64,000 nucleotides of DNA from NCBI GenBank assembly GCA_963701855.1, contig CAVPBK010000014.1, positions 1-64,000 of the forward strand, in the 5' to 3' direction. Under the pieces are notes generated by a model. It was given only the letters and a program-made list of their open reading frames with translations. It had not been told where the DNA came from and searched no databases. The position numbers and the translations under genes are program-made. Source of the DNA: Nitrospirota bacterium (lineage in GTDB: Bacteria > Nitrospirota > Nitrospiria > Nitrospirales > Nitrospiraceae). This document shows, piece by piece, positions 51,457 to 61,953 of this stretch. How positions within the stretch are numbered: the first letter of the stretch is position 1; each line of letters starts with the position of its first letter.

Positions 51457-52197
51457 TCAGAACTTCAAGCGAAGACGTTTCTCCGATACCCAACCCTGGA
51501 CACCTTCGTCGGTGCGCACCAAATACATCCATCCGTAGGCCTGAAGATCACCGTCCATGACGGTCAGTGAGACTCCCGGTCGAACTATTGGCCCAGGCTT
51601 GCTGCTCGATGAATCTGCGAACAGCGGAATGTTTCCGCCGGGAGCCCGTTCGTCTAGGGTGACGGTCACTTTCTGTCCTTCACTGAACATCGGGTCGAGA
51701 GGAGGTACGACGGGTGTAGCGGCTCTGGCTGCCATTTGGGGCGGTGGAACGATTGCTGGGGCTGCAGGGGGGACGGCAGTGGCGGGAGAGGTTGCTGGCG
51801 CCAAGGGGGCGGAGGCTTCGTTCCTCGGGCTGGGAGCGGCTTGCGGTGCGGGCACCGGTGGAACTACGGGTGCCGGAATCGACGGCTTCGGTTTCATGGC
51901 CATTGGTGGCGGGGTGCTCTCACCCAGATAGGGGCTCAGCCACTCTTCCAGCATCTCCGGCTCCATGGTGGCGACATAGGCAATGCCTCCGACAAGAGCT
52001 AGGAGTAGTACCCAGAGAATCGGGCTTCCCCCACCGGATTTCTTGCGGGGGGTTATCGGGCCACGTGCTTTCGTGGCGATCGTTTGATCGAGTTCTTCTT
52101 CCGTGAATTCCAAGTCCGGTTCTGGTTGGCGGGCGAAAAGAAGAGTCCAATCAAAAGGATTCAAGGCGGATGTCAGGTTCCCAACGAGCGCAGCCAT
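51457..52197 (-). CDS. Single-pass membrane protein with Pro-rich linker and SH3-like C-terminus
   Basis: TM ILWVLLLALVGGIAYVA, W.LVRTDEGVQGWV. Confidence 0.65.
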   Translation of the reverse strand: MAALVGNLTSALNPFDWTLLFARQPEPDLEFTEEELDQTIATKARGPITPRKKSGGGSPILWVLLLALVGGIAYVATMEPEMLEEWLSPYLGESTPPPMAMKPKPSIPAPVVPPVPAPQAAPSPRNEASAPLAPATSPATAVPPAAPAIVPPPQMAARAATPVVPPLDPMFSEGQKVTVTLDERAPGGNIPLFADSSSSKPGPIVRPGVSLTVMDGDLQAYGWMYLVRTDEGVQGWVSEKRLRLKF

Positions 52198-52474
52198 CGA
52201 GCACCTCCCTACTGAGCGATTCAATTCCACATGGACTAACCTGTGAAAATACCTATCACCATCGCGGAGTACTGTCAATTTACTTGAATAGTTCTGTATA
52301 CGAGAAGCGAGGCTTAACAGGGATGGGCGGAGCTGTAAGACAAGACTTGCCGTTGCCGACTGCCTGTACGATAGACGGTGAGGCCTTTGCATTCGAGTCG
52401 GTATGCGAGCAGAAAGGCTGCGGCCACCTCGGCTTGAGATGCCGTGGCCGGAAAATTGATAGTTTTGAGACGCC

Positions 52475-53123
52475 TCAGCCGCTATAGCGTTGAAACACGG
52501 CTTGCATGAACGAATCGGTGATGTCGATGGAGAGGTTAAAATTGGTCATCTCGGTCGGTGTCTGTTTGAGTGCGATGAAGTCGAGGATGTCCGGGTGATC
52601 GATACGGAGCACGCCCATATTGGCGCTGCGCCTGGTTCTGCCTTGTTTGATGACGTCCGTCGAGAGGTTGAAGATGCGCATGAAAGAAATTGGTTCGGAG
52701 GCCACGCCGCTCGACGACGCGACTCGGTCGTTGTGAAGGCGCAGGTGACCAAACGAGAATCCCGTATTGCCGCCCGATTGGTGGATGAGAGCCTGATGTC
52801 TCAGGCTCCCATAAATAGAGGTCAGAGAGTCTTTGACCGGGAGGACAAAACAGGCGAAGAGTTGCTGGAGCCGTCGTCCGGCGTTCATCAACGTGGGCGA
52901 ATTGGGAAGAAAGTCGAGCCGGGTCATGCAATCGTACCAGCGCTGAGCCGCGTGGGGCAGCCGGCAGGCGGGTAAAGTCGTTCAGCTTGTGCGATGTCAC
53001 TCGCGACGCGCCAGTATCTCGACGATCGTTCCCGCAATATTCTTGGCCAGATAGCGCTCCCGGAGGACTATTTTGGCATGGGCTAACAGTCGAAGTCGTG
53101 GAGTGAGCGGTGGGCGTGAGGAC
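52475..53123 (-). pseudogene. nrdJ: N-terminal remnant of class II ribonucleotide reductase
   Basis: VLRERYL fragment, FLPNSPTLMNAG, ACFVL, IKQG..RR.ANM, HPDI..FI..K, NFNLS, then truncated. Confidence 0.75.
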
Positions 53124-53258
53124 ATGGTCGTCTTCTTGACGGACATAGCACCATTTATAGTGGCAGGATTCTGATTGATCGACGGTGTGGGAATAGATGG
53201 TGAGGCTTGCATCTTAAGTGTCCAGTTCGGCAGAATGAACGCCCACTGACCACCGGCC

Positions 53259-53672
53259 ATGAAATCTTATCGCGAAGAGCTTTGGTTTGAGACGAAGACG
53301 CGGCGCGCCTACCTCAACATCACGCAGCAGGTTGAGGCGGCGGTCAAGAAGAGCGGCGTCCAGGAGGGGCTCGTGCTGGTCAATGCCATGCATATCACGG
53401 CCAGCGTCTATATTAATGACGACGAACCAGGATTACTCGAGGACTATGACAGATTCTTGGAGACGCTCGTTCCTCAGGGCGCGACCTATCGGCACAACGA
53501 GACGGGAGAAGATAATGGCGACGCCCACATCAAGCGTCAGCTGATGGGGCGAGAAGTCGTCGTCGCGATTACCGAAGGCCGGTTGGACTTCGGCCCATGG
53601 GAACAAATTTTTTATGGGGAGTTCGACGGTCTGAGGCAAAAGCGTGTGTTGGTGAAAGTGATTGGATCGTGA
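53259..53672 (+). CDS. yjbQ: YjbQ/UPF0047 family protein
   Basis: [27 protein letters not shown]. Confidence 0.88.
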   Translation: MKSYREELWFETKTRRAYLNITQQVEAAVKKSGVQEGLVLVNAMHITASVYINDDEPGLLEDYDRFLETLVPQGATYRHNETGEDNGDAHIKRQLMGREVVVAITEGRLDFGPWEQIFYGEFDGLRQKRVLVKVIGS

Positions 53673-53799
53673 GCATGATGTTATCTGATCGGCAGCCAGG
53701 ACCCTGCGGGAATAAACTATTGGAGCGCTTGCTACCACAGGGAAAGTTTGGCAACATGGAGAGCGGTGTCGCAAGTCTGTGCGGTAGGAGTCTGTCGAT

Positions 53800-54813
53800 A
53801 TGTTAAGTTGGTCTCGCCCGGATCCCCTTACACGAGATCTCGTTCACTTAATCAATGCTCGGCGCCATGATCATGGCGATACTGAGGCTGCCATCGATAC
53901 GCTGCAAGCGTTCTTGGAGCAGGGACGGGAGTATGATCTTTTAACAGTGCTGGCGGCGTTGGACGAGGATATGGCGGAATGGCTCTTCGATCTTCTCGCG
54001 GAGGCATCCTGCTCCGTGCTCATCGATGGGCCAGCCGATGAAAAACTGGCTTATGCCATTATGGCGGCTTTGGAACTTCCTCTCCAGGCCAATCTGACAC
54101 ATCCACTTAAGTTGAAGATTGACCCGGTTGCGACGGCTGAGCTGTTGCATCGGCATCTTCGGCTCTCTGCCGGGACGGTGGTGCGCGTAGAGTCTCGCTT
54201 GTTGACCGATTCTACGCTGGAGCCGCTCAGTCTCCAGGGTTTGAATGATCATTTGAGTACGGTGGCGGATTCCCAGCGGGCCACTTCAATTGCCGCTCGG
54301 CTGTATCCTCCTGTTGAGAGTACCGCCTTTCTCTTCTTTGAGTTGATCGGTGTGCCGGACTCTGGACTGCCCGATTCGCTGGAGGACCGGCATCGCCGGG
54401 CTCTCCTTGAAGGTCTCGTGGCGCAATGTCCCGAGTTGGCGCTGGCTCCCGATATGATCGAAGCACCGGTCTATGCCGCCTATGCCATTTTCGATGCGCA
54501 AAATGCCGTGCGGCTCCATAGGTTGGCGGATGAGACCGCAGCAGTCTGGCGCGATCTGGATCCACTCGTCCGTGCACGCACGATCGTGCACCTCCATACG
54601 CAATGTGGGAACGGTGTGTACATGCCGGTCTGGACCGATTTGTTCGATCCCGAACTCCCTGAAGACCACGGTCCTGTGTGGACCTCTCCCGATGTGTGGA
54701 TCTTCACGGCTGATTTGCCCATCGAATGGCCTGGAGAAATGCTCACCAATCGGCTGCTCGCCGAAGGCTGCACCAGGTTTGAAAACCACATCGTCGAAAC
54801 TCCTGACAACTAA
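53800..54813 (+). CDS. Hypothetical protein
   Basis: 337-aa ORF filling the interval; no motif recognised. Confidence 0.65.
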   Translation: MLSWSRPDPLTRDLVHLINARRHDHGDTEAAIDTLQAFLEQGREYDLLTVLAALDEDMAEWLFDLLAEASCSVLIDGPADEKLAYAIMAALELPLQANLTHPLKLKIDPVATAELLHRHLRLSAGTVVRVESRLLTDSTLEPLSLQGLNDHLSTVADSQRATSIAARLYPPVESTAFLFFELIGVPDSGLPDSLEDRHRRALLEGLVAQCPELALAPDMIEAPVYAAYAIFDAQNAVRLHRLADETAAVWRDLDPLVRARTIVHLHTQCGNGVYMPVWTDLFDPELPEDHGPVWTSPDVWIFTADLPIEWPGEMLTNRLLAEGCTRFENHIVETPDN

Positions 54814-54995
54814 CTGGCGTCCTGCCTGCTCCGTCGGTTCACTCCATCACGTTTCCCTGCGCCTGCCTTGCCATGCGATGTCTTAATGTCGTGACAAACC
54901 ACAAAGCCGGATAGCCGTCTGGTAGAAACCTGAGAATTCGTCGATTTTTTCATCGCCATATCCTATGCTGGGTTTGTTCATGCTAGGGAGCAACC

Positions 54996-55628
54996 ATGGC
55001 TCAGCAGCAGTCTTCCAGCGAGATAATCACCGGCGCAATCACCATCCTGGGGCTTGGGCTTGTGTGGGCGACGGTGGTCTTCAATTTTCCGTCACAAGAA
55101 GAGATGTCTTCGGCCGCACTGCCTGCTGAGACTCGTGAGGCAGCACGTCCCTTGTCTTCCCTGTCTGTGCCACCCACGCTGGATTTAACCATCCCCACCT
55201 CTCCTCCGTTTCCGTCGGAGGAAGCTGTGTCGAGACCGGATGACGATCGGTCGCGTGACTCAAGTGTCGAAGCTCCAATTGTGCCGGGGGTGGATCCTCG
55301 TGCGCTACAGGCATCCCGTCTGAAATGTGAAGCTGAGATTGAACAAATGTGCCCCGATTCTTTGGACGGTTCTGATCGTACACTCTGTCTGAAACAGCGA
55401 GCCAAACGACTTCCGCCGCTATGCCAAAGCCAGTTGCACGAGCGGTTTGTAAAATGGAAGGAAGATCAAAGTCGATTGAAGGCGTCGTGCGACGAGGATG
55501 TGAAACAATTCTGCAGAGCAGTCAAGCCTGTGGGTGGCCAGATCCTCCAGTGTCTACAATCGCATGGCCAGGAGGTCTCAGACCGGTGCTACCAGGCCCT
55601 TCCGAAGGGCGCCGTTTTTTTCAAGTAG
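54996..55628 (+). CDS. Membrane-anchored cysteine-rich repeat protein
   Basis: N-terminal TM; two C.....Q.C...CL.....L/V...C repeats. Confidence 0.7.
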   Translation: MAQQQSSSEIITGAITILGLGLVWATVVFNFPSQEEMSSAALPAETREAARPLSSLSVPPTLDLTIPTSPPFPSEEAVSRPDDDRSRDSSVEAPIVPGVDPRALQASRLKCEAEIEQMCPDSLDGSDRTLCLKQRAKRLPPLCQSQLHERFVKWKEDQSRLKASCDEDVKQFCRAVKPVGGQILQCLQSHGQEVSDRCYQALPKGAVFFK

Positions 55629-55639
55629 TCGGGTGGATA

Positions 55640-56356
55640 TTATCGAGAGGTGTTCTTTGTTCCAGAGCGCAGACAGAACGTCAGCGTCACGCCCGCCACT
55701 TCGACCTGGTCCTCATCCCTCAGATCCTGTTGTTCCACAACGTTCGTGCCGTTGACCAGCAGAGACTTTACGCCCCGAGAAGGGCTGATGGAATAGGTCA
55801 GGCCTCGGCGGGCGATCGTCGCCGCAGATTTTGGGGCAAACCAGCCGGTCAACCGAATGGCCGCTCCGTCTTGTGATCCGATGACATTCACCTGTTTGGT
55901 GAGCGGGTATTCCAACCGATCGGTTTTCCCGGCAACAATTAGAACTTTGGCAGTGAGCGTCAATTCGTCGGGTGTACGGTCTGTACCTTTGAGCACCGTA
56001 GTTCGATCTAGATCGACAAATGGTGCCGGTGTCGCGGTACTGGCCGTCATATTCTCTTGGAAGATGAGCCGATGTTGGCCGATGGTGATTACGTCTGCGT
56101 CACGTAGTTGGTGGCGCGTGATCGGCTTGCCATTAATGGCGGTGCCGTTGGTGCTCATCAAGTCTTCGAGAAAGAAGACGGCCTGAACCTTCACGATCCG
56201 CGCATGATGCCCGGAGACGGCGGGATCCTCGATGACGAGGGTATTGTCGGTTTTTCGACCGATCGTCAAGGTCTCAAGAGTCAGTTCGATATGCTGCGAG
56301 CCTTGCCCGTGAAGTTTGACGAGCAGTGTGGCCGGTTGTGGCAGAGTTTCAGGCAT
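55640..56356 (-). CDS. FHA domain protein (two FHA-like domains)
   Basis: IGRK, VSGHHA, STNGT; second degenerate FHA. Confidence 0.9.
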   Translation of the reverse strand: MPETLPQPATLLVKLHGQGSQHIELTLETLTIGRKTDNTLVIEDPAVSGHHARIVKVQAVFFLEDLMSTNGTAINGKPITRHQLRDADVITIGQHRLIFQENMTASTATPAPFVDLDRTTVLKGTDRTPDELTLTAKVLIVAGKTDRLEYPLTKQVNVIGSQDGAAIRLTGWFAPKSAATIARRGLTYSISPSRGVKSLLVNGTNVVEQQDLRDEDQVEVAGVTLTFCLRSGTKNTSR

Positions 56357-56390
56357 AGCGTTTCCTCCTGTGCAAGACCCCTGTGATTCG

Positions 56391-57206
56391 TTACGCGGCG
56401 AATCGTTTTTTTAGCCGCTCCCACAGCCCGGCTTGGAGTTCATCACGCAGGGCCACGATGATCACGGTGGTGTTATCTTCTCCGCCGGCTTCGTTTGCCA
56501 TGATGATGAGGCGATCGGACATGGTGGGAAGGTCTTCCGATCCACTGAGGACGTGAAGAATGTCGTCCGCCTGGACATCACGGGTCAGTCCGTCTGAGCA
56601 GAGCAACAGGATGTCTCCGCTTTTGACTGGAATCTCCGTCAGCTCCACATCGACGGTGCTCTCGACACCGAGGGCTTTCGTGACGATGTTCCTGCGGGGA
56701 GAGTGTTTGGCCTCATCTTCTGTGATGAGCCCCCTGAGGATCTGTTCGGCAACCCAGGAATGGTCTGTGGTGAGAGCTTGGATTGTTCCGTTTCGAATAA
56801 GATAGAGTCGGCTGTCTCCGACATGGGCGATGGCGAGCACGTCCTCACGAAGCAGTGCGGCGACCACGGTGGTACCCATTCCGGCATAGTCAGGCCTGCT
56901 CCATGATTCGCGATGGATGGCATCGTTCGCTGCACGAATCGCGCTGGCAAGACGATTGGCTGGCGCCGACACGGTGGCATCGCAGGGGCCGATCATCGGC
57001 AGGTCTGTGTGCCGGCCTGCTTGGACCAGATGGGCCTGTATCGCCTCGACTGCGAGGGTGCTGGCAATTTCTCCGGCGTTGCCACCGCCCATGCCGTCAC
57101 AGACGACATAGAGGCCGAGCAGAGGGTCGGCCACAAAGCGATCCTCGTTATGGGGCCGTTTGATGCCTGTATCTGATTTGGCACTATGCAATCGTTCGAA
57201 TGCCAG
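56391..57206 (-). CDS. PP2C-family Ser/Thr phosphatase (probable CTG start)
   Basis: NED, CDGMGG, GMGTT, HVGDSR, CSDGL, GGEDN; GGAGG precedes in-frame CTG at 57206. Confidence 0.93.
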   Translation of the reverse strand: MAFERLHSAKSDTGIKRPHNEDRFVADPLLGLYVVCDGMGGGNAGEIASTLAVEAIQAHLVQAGRHTDLPMIGPCDATVSAPANRLASAIRAANDAIHRESWSRPDYAGMGTTVVAALLREDVLAIAHVGDSRLYLIRNGTIQALTTDHSWVAEQILRGLITEDEAKHSPRRNIVTKALGVESTVDVELTEIPVKSGDILLLCSDGLTRDVQADDILHVLSGSEDLPTMSDRLIIMANEAGGEDNTTVIIVALRDELQAGLWERLKKRFAA

Positions 57207-57218
57207 ACGACACCTCCC

Positions 57219-58649
57219 TTAGGCCGCGAGACTTTGCAGACAGGCGCGGAGCTCGCTTGCGAATTCATCCGCGCGCCGATAGCGGTGAGGCAACTCTTTT
57301 TGTAACGCGCGATCCAGGATCTCCTGCACCCTTGGGGGAAGATCCGGTCGCAATGGTTGAATGGCGGGATGCGGATGATGGGCGATGCTGAAGAGGACGG
57401 CCGACAGGTTGTCGGCCATAAACGGCAGCTGTCCCGTGAGGAGCTCAAACAGCACGATACCGAGTGAAAAAATGTCCGACCGGCCGTCCACTTTCTTGCC
57501 TGCGATTTGCTCTGGTGACATGTACGTCGGCGTGCCCATCACAATATTCGTTTGTGTCTTGCTGCTTGAGGCCATCTTCGCAATACCGAAATCCATGACT
57601 TTCACAATGCGATCCTTCGTGAGCATGATGTTTGCCGGCTTGATGTCACGATGGACGACGCCTTGTTGATGGGCGTAGTCCAGGGCATCTGCGACGGTAG
57701 CCACAGTCAGGAGAACCTCGTTGACCGGCATCAAGTTGGGTTTCCGTGCCCACTGTTTCAGGGGCGTTCCTTCAATGAGTTCCATCGCGATATATCCTAA
57801 ATCGTCTTCTTCTCCTGCATCATAGATGGTCACGATGTTGGGGTGGGAGAGACGCCCGGTGGATTCTGCTTCTCGGAAAAACCGTGCCTTGACGTCTTGC
57901 AGCTTGTCATCGTGGTCGATCTGATCGAGTCGCATAGTCTTGATGGCTACGAAACGCTGAATCGTTGGATCTTTTCCCAGGTAGACCAGTCCCATTGCGC
58001 CGCGTCCGAGCTCTTTCAACACCTTATAGCGCCCAAGCATGCCTGGTGTGTAGCTACTGATCGTTGTTGTGGCGGCTGTATTCTTTGGTTCTGATGAAGC
58101 CTCTGCTTCTTCTTGTCCTACGTCATCATCCTCAGAGAGCGCCTGTACCTCGTGGCGTCGTGTCTGTCTGGGGGGAGCAAACGCTTCGCGTAGCGAACTC
58201 CGGTTCATAATCCAGGCTGCCGTAATCCAGAGGCCGGAACCGACGAGACCAATTGCATACCCCATGGCGAGTTGAGAAGGATCTATTCGTTCGATCAGCG
58301 GCAGGCCCAGGGTCCTGAATGTTCTGTTGGTGAAAAGCACGACGATGAGGGTCGTGAGTGGAAGAATGAGTCGGCGGAGAAAGCTCGATCCGCGACCGCT
58401 GTCTGGGATTTTCCGAGAGGCAACGAGGGCGAAGATCCAAAGGATGGCGAGCGCGAGGAGGTTGGCCACCAATCGAATGGCGTGAGGCCCACTGAGTTGC
58501 GCATACGGAACCGGGACAGATTGGACCACTGCCAGGCTGCTCAGCAAGGGGCCGGCTAGGAGCACAGCCAAGATGAGTAAGGTATAGGGAGCGATCCAAG
58601 TCCAGGATTTCGACATAGGAATCTTTAAGGGTGTCCGTGAACGTTTCAA
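57219..58649 (-). CDS. Membrane-bound Hanks-type Ser/Thr kinase
   Basis: N-terminal TM helices; LGRGAMG, VAIK, HRDIKPAN, DFG, GTPTYMSPEQ. Confidence 0.95.
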   Translation of the reverse strand: MKRSRTPLKIPMSKSWTWIAPYTLLILAVLLAGPLLSSLAVVQSVPVPYAQLSGPHAIRLVANLLALAILWIFALVASRKIPDSGRGSSFLRRLILPLTTLIVVLFTNRTFRTLGLPLIERIDPSQLAMGYAIGLVGSGLWITAAWIMNRSSLREAFAPPRQTRRHEVQALSEDDDVGQEEAEASSEPKNTAATTTISSYTPGMLGRYKVLKELGRGAMGLVYLGKDPTIQRFVAIKTMRLDQIDHDDKLQDVKARFFREAESTGRLSHPNIVTIYDAGEEDDLGYIAMELIEGTPLKQWARKPNLMPVNEVLLTVATVADALDYAHQQGVVHRDIKPANIMLTKDRIVKVMDFGIAKMASSSKTQTNIVMGTPTYMSPEQIAGKKVDGRSDIFSLGIVLFELLTGQLPFMADNLSAVLFSIAHHPHPAIQPLRPDLPPRVQEILDRALQKELPHRYRRADEFASELRACLQSLAA

Positions 58650-58799
58650 AGTGTAGCGGATGGGAAGGGAGAGTCAACGAATTGGGGGAAATGAGCAGCA
58701 GCGCCTCGATGCTAGTGAAGCGTGCAAACCGACGATTGCCCCGGTTTGTTTAGTTTGTCTCGTTGATTGAGCTAGATAATCTGCAAAACTAGATGAGCT

Positions 58800-59648
58800 T
58801 CAAACGAGGAGGGCAGCTTTCTTCAGGGGATCGAGTAGCCTCTCGGGTACATTCAAGTCACCTCGGCCTGTACCCACTTCGATGTCCGGTTTGGTGATGC
58901 CGTGGAAATCGCTTCCACCGGTCACTAACATGTCCAGCCGCTTGGCCAGGTCGAGATACTCCATCGTCTGTCGCTTCGTGTGTGTACTGTAGTGGACTTC
59001 GATGCCGCCGAGGCCTTCAGCTTTCAATGTTGTCAGGAGTGTGTTCAGCCCTTCTCCGGATACTTTGGCCCAGGTAGGATGGGCCAGCACAGCTACGCCA
59101 CCGGCGGCTCTGATCCAGGCGATGGCATCCACCGGCTGGGGCAGTTCACGCGCCACATAAGCCGGGCGTCCCTCTGCTAAGTACCGGTCAAAGGCATCTT
59201 TGGCGGACGTGACATACTTTTTGTCCATCAAGAGCCGTGCAATATGCGGGCGGCCGACCGCATCCGTGCCGGCCAGAGCCCGCACCTCTTCATAGGTCAC
59301 GTCCAGTCCTAATGAGCGCAGCCGTTCGATGATCTGCGGGTTGCGGGTATGACGACTCTCGCGCAAGGAGACCAAGCGTCGAATCAATTCCGGGTTTTGC
59401 CAGTCTATGCAATAGCCAAGGATATGGAGTTCACTAGTGCCAACAAAGGAGCTGATTTCCACGCCGGGAATGATTTCAATTCCCAACTCAGCTCCGGTTG
59501 CTATGGCTTCGGGAATGCCGGCGACAATGTCATGGTCCGTAATAGCCAGTGCGGTCACATTGGCTTTGTGGGCGAGCCGTAGTACCTCAGCCGGCGCAAG
59601 GCTTCCATCGGAGTGGGTTGTATGGAGATGGAGATCGAGACGACTCAT
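58800..59648 (-). CDS. PHP-domain phosphoesterase (TrpH/YciV-like)
   Basis: DLHLHTTHSDG, TDHD, LAHP, GGSDFHG. Confidence 0.92.
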   Translation of the reverse strand: MSRLDLHLHTTHSDGSLAPAEVLRLAHKANVTALAITDHDIVAGIPEAIATGAELGIEIIPGVEISSFVGTSELHILGYCIDWQNPELIRRLVSLRESRHTRNPQIIERLRSLGLDVTYEEVRALAGTDAVGRPHIARLLMDKKYVTSAKDAFDRYLAEGRPAYVARELPQPVDAIAWIRAAGGVAVLAHPTWAKVSGEGLNTLLTTLKAEGLGGIEVHYSTHTKRQTMEYLDLAKRLDMLVTGGSDFHGITKPDIEVGTGRGDLNVPERLLDPLKKAALLV

Positions 59649-60598
59649 GCCGACTCGTGCGGCAGGCTGCTGGGGCCTGCTTGTTGAGCGACAAGTCGTG
59701 CGGTGAAGACGGAGCCTGGTCCATGGCTGTCGTGTTCGCCTTCGTCGTACGACAGCACGCGGAGAGTGGACGTGAGCCTGAGCAATTCATTGTGCGCGAG
59801 GCAAAATTCCCATCGGCGCGGATGACGATGGCGCATGTAATTGTCGATGGTGAAGGTTTCGTAGATCAAGACCCCGTTCGGTTTCAGTGAATCAATAATA
59901 GCGGGGAACAGTGCTCGATGGAGATAGAAGAATACGACGACCACATCATATTCCTGCTTCGGGAATTCCGGTCGTTCCTCGGTCTTTCGCTCGAGGTCCA
60001 GCGTGCGAACAGTGAGGTTCGGGAGATTCCGTTGTTTCGCCGTGGCAGCGAGGTGAGCCATGGTCTGTTCATCCCGATCGATCGCATCGACTTGAAAACC
60101 ATGCGAGGCCAGATAGAGCGCATTACGTCCAGATCCGGCCGCAACGTCGAGCGCCCGGCCTTTGGGTAAGCGATGGAGTTGGAGCTGTTGCGCTAAGAAT
60201 GACGAAGGAGCTTGATCAGTCTGTTGCGGCTGATGCGCCATGCGGCTCCGTTCCACCTTCACGCCAACCGATCCGGTCATGTGTGAGAGAGGAGGCGCCA
60301 ACTTTCTGAGCCACAGCGAGACCTTCGCGACAGGGAATTTTGTGAACAACATCGCAAGGATCTGTTCCGAGAAAGTTTCCAGGAGCGCACAGTCTTGAGT
60401 CGCAGCCAACTCGACGATCTGCTCAGTTACCTGGGCATAGTCCAGGGTCTTGTTGATCTGGTCGGCAGCCTCGGCAGGAGTTCCTTCGCAGTCCAATTCC
60501 AAATCGATTGCCAGGGGCTGCGGTCGACGCCGTTCTGCCGGCATGACCCCGCAGCGCCCTTGAAATTCCAACCGTTCAATTGCCACACGATAGGCCAT
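59645..60598 (-). CDS. folB: Dihydroneopterin aldolase fused to a TehB-like methyltransferase
   Basis: GRCGV..AE...PQ.L.IDL, TLDY, LLE, K..PP; then LDVAAGSGRN, LKPNGVLIYETF. Confidence 0.75.
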   Translation of the reverse strand: MAYRVAIERLEFQGRCGVMPAERRRPQPLAIDLELDCEGTPAEAADQINKTLDYAQVTEQIVELAATQDCALLETFSEQILAMLFTKFPVAKVSLWLRKLAPPLSHMTGSVGVKVERSRMAHQPQQTDQAPSSFLAQQLQLHRLPKGRALDVAAGSGRNALYLASHGFQVDAIDRDEQTMAHLAATAKQRNLPNLTVRTLDLERKTEERPEFPKQEYDVVVVFFYLHRALFPAIIDSLKPNGVLIYETFTIDNYMRHRHPRRWEFCLAHNELLRLTSTLRVLSYDEGEHDSHGPGSVFTARLVAQQAGPSSLPHESA

Positions 60599-60928
60599 GG
60601 CAGCATTCTCACGGATTGGATTTCCGGCTGTCAACCTATCGTTGGGGGGGTAGGTGAGAGGAGGGATGGGTACGCCTAGCGGGCCTTCTTCTTCCCAGAA
60701 CGCGCACGATGGAACAGTGGTTGCCTGGGACAAGAGCGCGTCTCGATGCGCTCAGGGTTGGGCGGGTGAGAATGTTGCTCGCAGCCAAGGATGGTTTGCC
60801 AGCCCCTACCCTTATGACAAAGTGGGGAAAATCTGAAGTCCTCTCCAGGGCTAACGGAGGGATCATTGAGAGGAACAGCCGTCGCCGGTATGTCGAACGT
60901 TAGGAGTGAGGGCGCCTGTCAGTGGTGA

Positions 60929-61234
60929 TCAGACTATAGCGATCGTGCCTTCGGTGCTGACCCCCGTCTTCGAGACCGTCACAGGTGAGGCTCCGGCCTC
61001 CTTCAATTTATCTCCCAGTCTGGATGACAGGAGCGTCTGTTGCAGGCCTTCAGTGGTCTGGTCGAGGAGAAAGTCCAGTCCGAGGACAGCGTAATGGAGG
61101 GGGTGGCCATGTGGCCCATCGACACGGAAGACATGCGCGCGGCTGGTGCCTTCCTCGAAATCGGCGATGTGGTGCTTGGGGAACTGCTGGCGTAGATAGA
61201 GGCGGATCACATCAAGGTTGGCGAGATTGCCCAC
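60929..61234 (-). CDS. Hypothetical protein
   Basis: Protein-like 101-aa ORF with GTG start. Confidence 0.55.
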   Translation of the reverse strand: MGNLANLDVIRLYLRQQFPKHHIADFEEGTSRAHVFRVDGPHGHPLHYAVLGLDFLLDQTTEGLQQTLLSSRLGDKLKEAGASPVTVSKTGVSTEGTIAIV

Positions 61235-61336
61235 GTGCGTTGTTCTGCCTTCGAAAGTCAGGAGGTTGAACTAACGCTAAGGTCGAGCAACCGATTCCAA
61301 GTTTGTGCCTGTCTGACCCCATTGCGGCAGCGGCAC

Positions 61337-61687
61337 CTATTTATTAAATGGATGAAACCCAATCTTATTTTCTTCCCGGTCTTGCAAGCCTGTGAAGTAT
61401 ACGAGGACCGAATCAAGCTTCTGCATCAGAATGGCTCGCTCGCACCACAGACCTTCGAGATACGTCACGTCATTCGTCATGCTGTTACACGAAGCGACAA
61501 ATCGTTTGAGCGCGTCTTGCGGAACCTTGAATTCCTGCAGATCGATGTCCAGTGACTTCTCGAGTTTCTCGATCGCAGTGTTGAACTCATTGACCCATCG
61601 CGCTTCAATCTCGTGGCGCTCCGGAACATTCGCCCGAATCGAGGTGATGGCGGCATACGCTCTCAGAATCTGGTCATCGTTGTTCAT
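61337..61687 (-). CDS. Hypothetical protein
   Basis: 116-aa ORF, TAATG overlap with upstream gene. Confidence 0.65.
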   Translation of the reverse strand: MNNDDQILRAYAAITSIRANVPERHEIEARWVNEFNTAIEKLEKSLDIDLQEFKVPQDALKRFVASCNSMTNDVTYLEGLWCERAILMQKLDSVLVYFTGLQDREENKIGFHPFNK

Positions 61688-61953
61688 TATGTGGCCATGA
61701 TTTGGACGTGAGCTGCATAGCCCAATCGCTTTAGCAATTGTTCACAGTCGTCCCAGGTCAAACCGAAGGCACGGACGTCGGCCACGCCAAGGCGTGCCAC
61801 GACATCGCGGATAGCGGTGAAATGTTGAGAGTAGAATTCTCCCTCCATCATGGCGGACTCAGCCCAGGCGACGAGGCCGGCCAGTGACAGATCATGCTGG
61901 AGATAGGCCGCCAGTTTGTCAGCAACCATCTGATGAGTGATGACTTCTTTCAT
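61687..61953 (-). CDS. Hypothetical protein
   Basis: 88-aa ORF, AAAAGG upstream. Confidence 0.6.
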   Translation of the reverse strand: MKEVITHQMVADKLAAYLQHDLSLAGLVAWAESAMMEGEFYSQHFTAIRDVVARLGVADVRAFGLTWDDCEQLLKRLGYAAHVQIMAT

